Shown piece by piece: positions 9,287 through 17,622 of a DNA stretch of 64,000 nucleotides (position 1 is the stretch's first letter; every line of letters starts with the position of its first letter). The notes under the pieces were generated by a model that was not told where the DNA came from, did no database searches, and saw only the letters and a program-made list of their open reading frames with translations. The DNA lies in contig CANPZV010000002.1 in the NCBI GenBank assembly GCA_947589285.1, forward strand, positions 619 to 64,618, in the 5' to 3' direction. This DNA comes from an uncultured Clostridia bacterium (lineage in GTDB: Bacteria; Bacillota; Clostridia; Christensenellales; Borkfalkiaceae). The position numbers and the translations under genes are program-made.

Positions 9287-9305
9287 GACATAGTACTATT
9301 CAAAA
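9278..9305 (+). repeat. Dispersed dual-palindrome motif, copy 1 of 8
   Basis: attatgtctgacatagtactattcaaaa. The 20-nt core has 1 mismatch to consensus. 8 nt downstream of stop codon 9309-9311. Confidence 0.9.
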
Positions 9306-9308
9306 CGG

Positions 9309-10454
9309 TCAATTCCAATTTTTCGCGGCCTCTCGGAAGGCGTCCCACCATGTGAAGGCGGGCGCGTCGTCCATGGAGAGGAGCCTCGTCCGTCCGATCT
9401 CGACGCCGTTCGAAAAGAGGATGGCCTCTCCCGCGGCGTCTCCCTTACAGACGGGTGCGTTCAAGCCCTCGATCGCATATTCGACGGAGCAATCGGCGTT
9501 CTCCCCTTTTTTGCCGAAAACGGAGAGCGATTTTTCGGCGCAGAGCCTCATTTCCTTGCACTTGCTCCCCAAGACCGCGGCTCTTTCTCCGATCTCCTCC
9601 CCCGCTTTCAGGACAGTGCGGCACTCATACCCGTTGAAGGCCTCGTCAAAGAGCGAAGAGACGATCGCGTTTCTCTCTTTGGAATTTTCCGCGCCGATGA
9701 CGACGCTGACGATCCTCATATCCCCGCGCTTGGCGGTGGCGGCAAGGCAGGAACCCGCCTCGTTCGTATAGCCCGTCTTGCCCCCGTCGCATCCGTTGTA
9801 GAAGCGGACGAGCTTGTTCGTATTCGTCATGAGGATCTTCCTCCCGTCGGGATGCTCAAAGTCCTCCGTCCAGATCTTTGTGTATTCAAAGTACTTCTCA
9901 TGTTTCAGAAGCTCACACAGCATGACGGAGACGTCTTTGGCGCAGGAGTACTGCGGCTCCTTCGGAAGCCCCGTGCAGTTTGCAAAAAGCGTATTTTCCG
10001 CGCCGAGTTCCTTGGCCCGCGCGTTCATTCTGTCGATAAAGGCGGTCTCGCTCCCCGCGACCCGCTCGGCAATGGCGACGCAGGAATCGTTCGCAGAACA
10101 CACGACGATCGATTTCAGAAGCGATTCGACCGTATAGGAAAGCCCCGCGGCGAGAAAGACCTGGGATCCCCCCATTCCGGCCGCATTTTCGCTGACGGTG
10201 ACCGTCTCACCGTAATCAAGTTCCCCGCGGTCGGCCGCCTCAAAGGAGAGGAGCAACGTCATGATCTTGCACATGCTCGCGATCGGGAGACGCTTTGTCT
10301 CCTCCTTTGCGTAGATGACCGTCCCCGTCCCGTAGTCGCACGAATAGGCCGATTTGCAGTCAGGCTCGGTCTCGAGCGCACGGACAGTCACGCCGTTTCC
10401 CATCATAAAGATCCCCGCCGCAAGAAGCGCGGCAGCGCAAACAATTTTCTTCAT
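9309..10454 (-). CDS. D-alanyl-D-alanine carboxypeptidase (DacB/DacF-like)
   Basis: SxxK (ASMCK), SxN (SAND), KTG (KTGYT). Signal peptide MKKIVCAAALLAAG. ATG 10454, with an upstream GTG at 10460 also possible. Confidence 0.85.
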   Translation of the reverse strand: MKKIVCAAALLAAGIFMMGNGVTVRALETEPDCKSAYSCDYGTGTVIYAKEETKRLPIASMCKIMTLLLSFEAADRGELDYGETVTVSENAAGMGGSQVFLAAGLSYTVESLLKSIVVCSANDSCVAIAERVAGSETAFIDRMNARAKELGAENTLFANCTGLPKEPQYSCAKDVSVMLCELLKHEKYFEYTKIWTEDFEHPDGRKILMTNTNKLVRFYNGCDGGKTGYTNEAGSCLAATAKRGDMRIVSVVIGAENSKERNAIVSSLFDEAFNGYECRTVLKAGEEIGERAAVLGSKCKEMRLCAEKSLSVFGKKGENADCSVEYAIEGLNAPVCKGDAAGEAILFSNGVEIGRTRLLSMDDAPAFTWWDAFREAAKNWN

Positions 10455-10488
10455 ATCCACAGTTTGTGACAGGAGACGGAAAATAAAC

Positions 10489-11085
10489 TTACAAAATTTT
10501 ACCTATCGGGTGAAAGAGTGCGAGGAGAAGGATCATCTCGAAAAGACAGACCGCGATGACAAGGCCAAGCAGGATCAGAGCGTCGCGCAGGAGGTCGAGA
10601 AAATCGCAGGCGCAAAAACAGAAGGAAAAAGCCCGCGCAAACGCTAGCGTCGCCGCAAAGACGAGAATGGCGTCGGCGCAGAGATGAACGGGCAGATAGA
10701 GAACAAAGACGATCATCGCCCCCGTTACCCCGTAATATTCGAAAAAAACGTACAGGCACCCGCCGCAGGTGAAGGCGCGGTAGGCGAGGACGGCGAGCGG
10801 AAGAAGGAGCGCGATCGGGTGAAAACTTCCGATGAGGATGAGAAGGAGCAGAAGCGCGCATCCCCCCGTCCGTTGGAGAAAGATGAGAAAGACGTTCGTA
10901 TCGGAGAAGCAGACGTCGGTCAAAAAGCCGTCGCAGATGGAGAGATGATAGTCATAGACGGCGGACGTCGTGACAAAGCATGCCCCGAGGATCAAAAAGA
11001 CGAGAACGAGGAGCGAGAGAAAGATCAAGGTCTTTTTCCGCGAAAAGACGCTCCCGAAAAAATTTTGCAAAAAAAATCGGTCCAT
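10489..11085 (-). CDS. Polytopic membrane protein, SpoIIM-like
   Basis: 198 aa with about 5 TM segments. Size and topology resemble stage II sporulation protein M. No diagnostic motif. Confidence 0.4.
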   Translation of the reverse strand: MDRFFLQNFFGSVFSRKKTLIFLSLLVLVFLILGACFVTTSAVYDYHLSICDGFLTDVCFSDTNVFLIFLQRTGGCALLLLLILIGSFHPIALLLPLAVLAYRAFTCGGCLYVFFEYYGVTGAMIVFVLYLPVHLCADAILVFAATLAFARAFSFCFCACDFLDLLRDALILLGLVIAVCLFEMILLLALFHPIGKIL

Positions 11086-11122
11086 ACTCTATGATATGAA
11101 CCGTTTTTCGCGATGATTCAGC

Positions 11123-11190
11123 TTAATCTCTCAGCATATTCTCGATCCCGATGCCATATCCCCTCGTCGGATCGTTCAAAAACACATGGG
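11123..11190 (-). pseudogene. Orphan 3' fragment of spoIVB (duplicate of the gene's last ~21 codons)
   Basis: 11135-11190 is 53/56 identical to 12738-12793. Translates in frame as HVFLNDPTRGYGIGIENMLRD*, against the intact gene's ...HVFLNDPTRGYGIGIENMIKN*. Confidence 0.8.
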
Positions 11191-11206
11191 AAATTGTCAA
11201 TATGTT

Positions 11207-12310
11207 CTAAGTGCTTTCGCAAATGATTTTTCTGATATTTTCTAAGATACCCATAGTTTTCCCCTTTGCGAGACCGACATATGCCGCCAAATCGAGTAAA
11301 TCCGTGTCTGTGGGGTTTGTCTTGCCCAAAACGGTCATCTCGTGTTCGGGCTTATCGGGAGTTTTCGTGATATCATAGGCGGGAGAGAGACGATACCCGC
11401 CGAGCGTTTCATCATAGAGGAATGAGATGTTTTTCCCATGGTCGTCCTTGTTCCCGTAAAGCACATTGAATGTCATGCGGGCGAACGCCTCATAGAGGTC
11501 GCGCTTGTCGGCGCAAATGTTTTCGATGACTTGGAAGAGGTGAACATAGTCAAGATTCGGGATCCTATGCGTCGTCTCGAGGAGCGAGGACAGCGACACG
11601 ACGTGTATCCTCCTCCCCTCTTTGCGGTCGAAGCGTTTTGCACCGAAGTACCCGCTGTACTTCTTTGACGGAAACAGTTTGAATTCGTTGACGTCGAGCC
11701 GACACTTTTTCGCCGCCGCATTCGCCTCATATTCCCGAAGTCCGACATCGGGCGGGTCGATCCTGCAGGGGAATTTGACGATCCACTCTCCCCCGTCGAT
11801 TTTCAGGTGCGCCTTCGGTCGTGCGCCGCCGCTCGAGCCGCCCGCAAGATACAGCCCGTCCAAGTCCCCGACCGCTTTTTCCGCATCATTCAGAACTGCG
11901 TTTGCCTCTTCCGCAAGCTCTTCTAAATCGAACTGAGAATCAATCGTTTCAACTGCCTGCGTCGGTTCGTAGTTGAGTCCGCCAAGACCGTTTCCGCCGA
12001 TGAGAGATAGCTTAGTGAGAGGATTGAGTTTCTCATAGTTGACGCCCTTCTTCGCGCACATCCTGCTTACGAGAAGTTCCCCCCAACCGTCGGGAAGTGA
12101 ATCATGAAAGACGCCGAAGAGGCCCCCAAAGTTGTCCTTTCGGTCGAGAAAGACGTCTCCCCTGAGCGGCAGAGAGAACGGGGAGACGGAAAAGCCGTCT
12201 TTCAGCCATTCGGCGTCGTATTGAAAGGCGATCCCCTCTTCCACGACCGCAAGGTAGCCCACAAGGCGACCGTTGTATTTGACGACCGATTTTTTTACTT
12301 CGCCGATCAT
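11207..12310 (-). CDS. hipA: HipA-family serine/threonine kinase toxin (type II TA)
   Basis: 367 aa. N-terminal coupling domain (SPFSLPL...GVFHDSLPDGWG) and C-terminal kinase core (GGSSGGARPKAH, NKDDHGKNISF). Overlaps the upstream HTH gene by 4 nt. Visibly lower GC than the flanks. Confidence 0.85.
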   Translation of the reverse strand: MIGEVKKSVVKYNGRLVGYLAVVEEGIAFQYDAEWLKDGFSVSPFSLPLRGDVFLDRKDNFGGLFGVFHDSLPDGWGELLVSRMCAKKGVNYEKLNPLTKLSLIGGNGLGGLNYEPTQAVETIDSQFDLEELAEEANAVLNDAEKAVGDLDGLYLAGGSSGGARPKAHLKIDGGEWIVKFPCRIDPPDVGLREYEANAAAKKCRLDVNEFKLFPSKKYSGYFGAKRFDRKEGRRIHVVSLSSLLETTHRIPNLDYVHLFQVIENICADKRDLYEAFARMTFNVLYGNKDDHGKNISFLYDETLGGYRLSPAYDITKTPDKPEHEMTVLGKTNPTDTDLLDLAAYVGLAKGKTMGILENIRKIICEST

Positions 12311-12603
12311 TTCTTGTACTCCTTCACACTCAAAATGATCTCGTGCTTGAAGAGTTCTTCAAAGTCGGAAAGGCACCCAATGGCATTCGCCAGCTTGACG
12401 AGAGAACGGAGCGAGATCTCCCCCGTCCGCTCGAATCTTCGGATCGAGGCATAGGACACGCCCGACGTTTGCGCAAGAGTTTTTTGTGAAAGTCTCCGCT
12501 CCTTGCGCCTCATCTTAAATCGCTCCACCATATTTTGGATCGTCGTTTTCTCTGTGACTGTCGGAATGAAATCGCCGATATCAAAACTTTTCATATCGCT
12601 CAT
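12307..12603 (-). CDS. hipB: XRE-family HTH antitoxin (HipB-like)
   Basis: LSQKTLAQTSGVSYASIRRFERTG helix-turn-helix. Coupled to hipA. True start may be ATG 12594. Confidence 0.75.
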   Translation of the reverse strand: MSDMKSFDIGDFIPTVTEKTTIQNMVERFKMRRKERRLSQKTLAQTSGVSYASIRRFERTGEISLRSLVKLANAIGCLSDFEELFKHEIILSVKEYKK

Positions 12604-12632
12604 ATTTTAGCAGATTATTGATGTTTTGTCAA
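12604..12632 (-). promoter_or_regulatory. Sigma-A-type promoter of hipBA abutting the first ATG
   Basis: Minus strand TTGACA (12632-12627), 17-nt spacer, TAAAAT (12609-12604). ATG 12603 is adjacent and the second ATG 12594 is 9 nt away. Confidence 0.5.
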
Positions 12633-12672
12633 GGAATTGCGAAAATATTAGTCGGAAAAGTTTAACATATTT

Positions 12673-12704
12673 TTCTTAAAAGAAAAGACCCTCGTCGGAG
12701 GATC
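12673..12704 (-). terminator. Intrinsic terminator after spoIVB
   Basis: Stem GAUCCUC/GAGGGUC (12704-12698 / 12693-12687), 4-nt loop, UUUUCUUUU tail. Confidence 0.55.
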
Positions 12705-12725
12705 TTCTTTGAAATCATTGGGTTT

Positions 12726-13736
12726 TCAATTTTTTATCATATTCTCGATCCCGATGCCATAACCGCGCGTCGGATCGTTCAAAAACACATGGGTGACCGC
12801 GCCGATGAGCTTTCCGTTCTGCACGATGGGGCTTCCGCTCATGCCCTGAACGATGCCGCCCGTCTCGGAGATCAGTTTCTCATCCGTCACCTTGATGACA
12901 AAATTCTTGTTCTCCTTGTTCGTCTCGTCCACTTTTGCGATGCTGATCTCATATTTTTGGGGGCATACGCCGTCGATCGTGGAGTAGATGACGGCCTTCC
13001 CGATCGTCGCCTCGCTCAGGGGCGCGATGCCGATCGTCTCACTGTGGGAGAAGTCGAACCCCTTCTCGAACTTGCCGTATAGTCCCGTTTGCTTGACCTG
13101 TTCGGCCTTGGCGATCTTTTTGTCGTTCAGAAACAGTCCTCTGAGTTCCCCCGCCTTTCCGCGTTTGCCCTTGTTGACGCCGATGACGCTGCAAAGATAG
13201 ACCTTGGGGTCGGAGATCTCGAGGGATTGGTTGTTCTCGTCGCACACGGCGTGCCCCAGCGAGCCGAATTCGAGCGTGTCCTTTTTGATGTAAGTCACCG
13301 TTCCGATCCCCGTCAGGGTATCGCGGATGAGGACGCCGATCTTGTATTTTCCGCTCTTTTTGTCCTTGACGGGCCGAATGTTGACCTCCGCCCTCTCTCC
13401 GTCCCGCTTGATCGTGAACGTGATCTCCTTGCCGCCGCACTTTTCGAGTGCGCGGTTGAGATCGTCGATCGTCTTGATCTGAATGCCGTCGGCGGCGCAG
13501 ATGAGGTCCCCGATCTTGACGCCGACCTCGTCCGCAGGGCGGTGGATGCCGTCCTCCGCGCCGACTTCGCTCAGGCCGATGACCTCCGTCCCTCCCGCCG
13601 AGAGCGAAAAGCCCGCCGTCATTCCGCCGAGATAATATTCATCAGAAGCGGCATTGGCCCTGAACGCCGCCCCGCCAAAAAGAGTGAGGACGACAAAGAG
13701 CGCGAATGCCGCGAAAAAAAATTTCAGCTTGCGCAT
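12726..13736 (-). CDS. spoIVB: SpoIVB peptidase (S55) with PDZ domain
   Basis: 336 aa with signal anchor. PDZ region (GVKIGDLICAADGIQI) and catalytic region GIVQGMSGSPIV. Conserved position next to recN. Confidence 0.9.
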   Translation of the reverse strand: MRKLKFFFAAFALFVVLTLFGGAAFRANAASDEYYLGGMTAGFSLSAGGTEVIGLSEVGAEDGIHRPADEVGVKIGDLICAADGIQIKTIDDLNRALEKCGGKEITFTIKRDGERAEVNIRPVKDKKSGKYKIGVLIRDTLTGIGTVTYIKKDTLEFGSLGHAVCDENNQSLEISDPKVYLCSVIGVNKGKRGKAGELRGLFLNDKKIAKAEQVKQTGLYGKFEKGFDFSHSETIGIAPLSEATIGKAVIYSTIDGVCPQKYEISIAKVDETNKENKNFVIKVTDEKLISETGGIVQGMSGSPIVQNGKLIGAVTHVFLNDPTRGYGIGIENMIKN

Positions 13737-13801
13737 GAAAACCTCCGTTTGGAGATTATTTTGCGTAAGCTGATGCGTTCTATTCGGTCAGAAACTTCCC
13801 A

Positions 13802-15493
13802 TTAGAGGGATTTTTTGTAACCTTCCGCTTCCTTCATGAGTTCTTCGGCATGGCGGAGCGCGATCTCGCCCGCGTCGCCGCCGATGAGACGAGCGATCTC
13901 CCCCGTCCTTGCCTCGCCCTCAAGGAGAGAAATATGCGTGAGCGTTCTACCCCCCTGCTCCGACTTTTCGATGAGGAAGTTCCTGTCGGCAAAGGACGCG
14001 ATGCGGGCAAGATGCGAGACGGCGATGATCTGGGTATTCCTCGCGATCCTGCAAAATTTTTCACCGACCACCCTTGCCGTCTTTCCGCCGATCCCCGCGT
14101 CGATCTCGTCGAAGATGTACGTCCCGATCCCGCCGACCGCGGACATCTGGGCTTTGACGGCGAGCATGAAGCGGGACATCTCGCCCCCGCTGATGATCTT
14201 CCCAAGCTCTTTGAGGGGTTCCCCCTTGTTCGCAGAAAAGAGAAAAGTGACCCCGCCAAGCCCCTCCGACGTCGCTTTCCCGACGTCCTCGCGGCTGTAA
14301 TCGGAGAATTCAATGGTGAAATTTGCCGAGGTGATGTTGAGTTCGGAGAGTTCCCGCGTGACATTGCGGCAAAATTGCGCGGCCGCCGACTTCCTCGCTT
14401 CGGTGAGCTTCAAGCATGCGGCAAAGAGCTTTTCGTCCGCCCTGCCAAGCTCCCCGATCAATTTTTCATACCGCTCCGCGCTGTTTTCGAGGAGAGCGCA
14501 CTCCTCCTTCGCTCTTTCGAGATAACTCAGGGCCGCTTCGATGCTGCCGCCGTACTTTTTCTTGATGGTTTTGAGTTCATCCAAGCGGTTTTCCACCCGC
14601 TCGGCCTCTCTCTCGTCCATATCGAGCGCGTCAAGCTCCCCTTCGACCTCGCCTCCGACGTCCTCAAGTTCTGCGGCCGCATTGTCGAGCCGTTCGGCAA
14701 GGGCGGCGTAACTTTCGGCATACTTTGCGACGGAGCGAAGGGCGCGGGCGGCCCCGCGGAGCGAATCGGTGCAGCCGCCGTCGGAGAGAAGAAACTCCCG
14801 CGACTCCGAAAGGCCGTCTTTGATCTTCTCGGCATTGCGGAACTTCTCCCGCGCGGCGAGAAGGGTCTCCTCCTCCCCCTCCTTTAACTCTGCGCGCTCC
14901 AGCTCGTCGATCTGGAAGCGTAGCACATCGAGCCGTCTGCTCCGCTCCCCCTCGTCCCCGCCGAGAAGTTTCAGCCCCTCGAGGATGCCTTTCCGCTCGG
15001 AAAGGCGGGCGCGGACCTCCTCCTTTGCGGCCGCCGCAGGCTCCCCCGCAACTGCGTCGAGAAGGCGGAGCTGGTTTGCTTCCTTCAATAAATAGAAATG
15101 CTCGCTCTGCCCGTGGACGTCCACGAGGAGCGAGGTTATGCGCCTGAGCATGGCCGCCGTGACGGGGCAGCCGTTCAATTTTAAGGTCCCCTTTCCCTCC
15201 GCAGTGAGTTTCCTCGTGACGACGACGGAATCCTCCGCTTCGACGTCGAGTTCGCTCAAGATAGCGGCGATGGCGGGATCCCGAAAGGAAAATTCCGCAC
15301 TGACGAGGCATTCGCTCTCGCCGTACCGCACCATGCTCTTGTCGGCCTTCGCGCCGAGGACAAAATCGATGCACTCCAAAATCACCGATTTCCCCGCGCC
15401 CGTCTCCCCGGACAGGACATTCAGCCCCTCGGAAAATTCGAGATCGGCCCTCTCAATGAGCGCGACATTGCGGATCGTGAGACTTTTCAGCAT
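13802..15493 (-). CDS. recN: DNA repair protein RecN
   Basis: MLKSLTIRNVALIE...LSGETGAGKS Walker A, long coiled coil, C-terminal SGGEMSR signature. Confidence 0.95.
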   Translation of the reverse strand: MLKSLTIRNVALIERADLEFSEGLNVLSGETGAGKSVILECIDFVLGAKADKSMVRYGESECLVSAEFSFRDPAIAAILSELDVEAEDSVVVTRKLTAEGKGTLKLNGCPVTAAMLRRITSLLVDVHGQSEHFYLLKEANQLRLLDAVAGEPAAAAKEEVRARLSERKGILEGLKLLGGDEGERSRRLDVLRFQIDELERAELKEGEEETLLAAREKFRNAEKIKDGLSESREFLLSDGGCTDSLRGAARALRSVAKYAESYAALAERLDNAAAELEDVGGEVEGELDALDMDEREAERVENRLDELKTIKKKYGGSIEAALSYLERAKEECALLENSAERYEKLIGELGRADEKLFAACLKLTEARKSAAAQFCRNVTRELSELNITSANFTIEFSDYSREDVGKATSEGLGGVTFLFSANKGEPLKELGKIISGGEMSRFMLAVKAQMSAVGGIGTYIFDEIDAGIGGKTARVVGEKFCRIARNTQIIAVSHLARIASFADRNFLIEKSEQGGRTLTHISLLEGEARTGEIARLIGGDAGEIALRHAEELMKEAEGYKKSL

Positions 15494-15496
15494 AAA

Positions 15497-15952
15497 TCAG
15501 CCTTTAATGATGGCGTTGAGACGTTCGGTGACGACCTTTGTCTCCTCGTTGTTTTCACAGATGACGAGAACGGTATCGTCCCCCGAAATACAGCCGACGA
15601 CTTCCCTGTATTCGAGACGGTCGATGACGACGCCCGCGTTCGAACCGTTGCCGTTGAGCGTCTTGATGACGATGAGATTCCCCACGGCGCGGATGCCGAT
15701 GACGCATGCCTGGAAGAGGGAGCGCATTCTGTCGGACAGCCCGCTCTCCTGTTCCGTCATCGAGGCGTAGCGGAAACGCTTGTTGATCCCCTTGACCTTA
15801 AAGAGATGAAGTTCCTTGATGTCGCGCGATACGGTCGCCTGCGTCACAGAAAAGTTGTGTGCGGCGAGCTGTTCGCAGAGTTCTTCCTGCGTCTCGATCT
15901 CCATTTCCTCGATGATCTCAAGGATCTTGGTGTGTCTTGCGTTTCTTAACAT
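15497..15952 (-). CDS. argR: Arginine repressor
   Basis: 151 aa, N-terminal winged helix (TQEELCEQL...VTQATVSRDIKEL) and C-terminal GTISGDDT-like oligomerisation motif (CISGDDTVLV). Confidence 0.9.
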   Translation of the reverse strand: MLRNARHTKILEIIEEMEIETQEELCEQLAAHNFSVTQATVSRDIKELHLFKVKGINKRFRYASMTEQESGLSDRMRSLFQACVIGIRAVGNLIVIKTLNGNGSNAGVVIDRLEYREVVGCISGDDTVLVICENNEETKVVTERLNAIIKG

Positions 15953-15979
15953 TGTTGTTTTTCCTTCCCCTGATGCAAT

Positions 15980-16771
15980 TTAATTTATTTTTTCTGTGAG
16001 CCTGAGGAGATATCCCCTCTTGTTCCTCGTCAAAAATGTCGCGCTGCGCCCCGACTTCCGCACGCACACCTTGTCTCCGCTCTCCACGGTGCCCAAATAT
16101 TTTCCGTCTCCATAGAGGAAAAGGCGGTGCCCCTCGCCGATCGTGAAGGACAGGGTCGCGGATGAGGCATAGACAATGGGGCGGCTCTTCATCGAAAAGG
16201 CGCAGACGGGAGTGAGAATGAACGCCTCGCACTCGGGCGACACGATGCTCCCCCCCGCCGAGAGGGAATAGGCGGTGGAACCCGTGGGCGTCGCCACGAT
16301 CAGTCCGTCGGCAGTGATCTCCCCCGTTTCGGCTCCGTCAAGCTCCACACTGATCTTGATGAGCTTGTTATCGTCATTGGGAGCGACGCCGCGCAGAAGG
16401 GCGCATTCGTTGAGGCAGACGTCCTTTTTTCCGTTCAGATCGACCTCGATCATCGCGCGTTCCATGCGCTCGCAACGGTCGGAAAGCACAAAGGACAGAG
16501 CGTCATCCGTCTCATCCCGCCCGAATTCGGTCAGAAATCCGATGTGCCCGTAGTTGATACCGACGAGCGGGATCCCGACCTCAGCCGCACGGCGCGCGGC
16601 GCGGAGGACTGTCCCGTCGCCGCCAAGCACGACGAGCCTGTCAACATCCGCGATCTCCTCTTCATGGATAAAAATCACGGCGTCCGCCCCGCGGCCGACC
16701 AGCTCGCTTCGGAAAGATTCTGCCGAAGAAACTTTTACCTGATTCGCATTAAAGAAGATACCGATTTTCAT
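15980..16771 (-). CDS. nadK: NAD kinase
   Basis: GGDGTVL motif, 263 aa, conserved position between tlyA and argR. Confidence 0.9.
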   Translation of the reverse strand: MKIGIFFNANQVKVSSAESFRSELVGRGADAVIFIHEEEIADVDRLVVLGGDGTVLRAARRAAEVGIPLVGINYGHIGFLTEFGRDETDDALSFVLSDRCERMERAMIEVDLNGKKDVCLNECALLRGVAPNDDNKLIKISVELDGAETGEITADGLIVATPTGSTAYSLSAGGSIVSPECEAFILTPVCAFSMKSRPIVYASSATLSFTIGEGHRLFLYGDGKYLGTVESGDKVCVRKSGRSATFLTRNKRGYLLRLTEKIN

Positions 16772-16781
16772 GCTGAACTAT

Positions 16782-16810
16782 ATTATAGTACGTCTTTCGC
16801 ATAATAGCAA
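16782..16810 (-). promoter_or_regulatory. Sigma-A-type promoter, -10 box 10 nt from nadK ATG
   Basis: Minus strand TTGCTA (16810-16805), 17-nt spacer, TATAAT (16787-16782), ATAGTTCAGC, ATG 16771. No SD. Confidence 0.45.
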
Positions 16811-16839
16811 GCATTTTATGAATAAATGTATGGAATTTT

Positions 16840-17622
16840 TTAATAAAATTTGCTCTGATCCCTGTTAAGATCTCGGGAAAGCTCCAAAAATCTCCCCCCT
16901 GGGACAGAATTCCCGCCCTTTGCGAGATAAATGACATATTCAACATTTTTCTTCGGACGGACGGGCGCGTTGACGACGTCCTTCACCGAAAATCCGAGGG
17001 AGACGGCAAAATCATAGAATTCGGAAAGGAGTTCCGCATGGAGACGGACGGGCAGGATCCCGCTCTTCCCAAGCCCCCTGCCGCCGCATTCGAATTGCGG
17101 CTTGAAGAGGACGAACGCCCTCCCCCCTTCGCCGAGGACAGAAAAGACGGCGGGAAGGACGAGGCGCAGGGAGATAAAACTCAGATCGGCCGTCACAACG
17201 CCGATCTCCTCGGGAAAACTCGCGCGGGTCAGAAAGCGGGCGTTCGTCCCGTCCATGACGGCGACGCGCGGATCGGCGACAAGACGGGCGTCGAGCTGGC
17301 TCTTCCCGACGTCAACACAGTACACTTTTCTTACCCCATGTTGCAAAAGACAGTCGCAGAAGCCGCCCGTACTTGCGCCCAAATCGGCCGCAACGGCCCC
17401 TTCAACGGACGCATGGAAACAGGAAAGCCCCCTTTCGAGCTTGTACCCGCCGTTGGAGACAAAGGCGGCCTCCTCGGAAAGAAAGGCAAACTCCTCGCTC
17501 CCCGTGACCTCCTCCTTGGGTGAGACGGGGACGCCGTTACGCAAAACAAGCCCCCGCGAGAGGGCCTGCTGTGCCTTTGTGCGGGAGCCGAATTTCTCCG
17601 AGAAAAATTTATCGGCGCGCAT
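16840..17622 (-). CDS. tlyA: TlyA-family rRNA (cytidine-2'-O)-methyltransferase
   Basis: N-terminal S4 domain MRADKFFSEKFGSRTKAQQALSRG, FtsJ-type SAM fold (DLGASTGGF). Confidence 0.9.
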   Translation of the reverse strand: MRADKFFSEKFGSRTKAQQALSRGLVLRNGVPVSPKEEVTGSEEFAFLSEEAAFVSNGGYKLERGLSCFHASVEGAVAADLGASTGGFCDCLLQHGVRKVYCVDVGKSQLDARLVADPRVAVMDGTNARFLTRASFPEEIGVVTADLSFISLRLVLPAVFSVLGEGGRAFVLFKPQFECGGRGLGKSGILPVRLHAELLSEFYDFAVSLGFSVKDVVNAPVRPKKNVEYVIYLAKGGNSVPGGRFLELSRDLNRDQSKFY

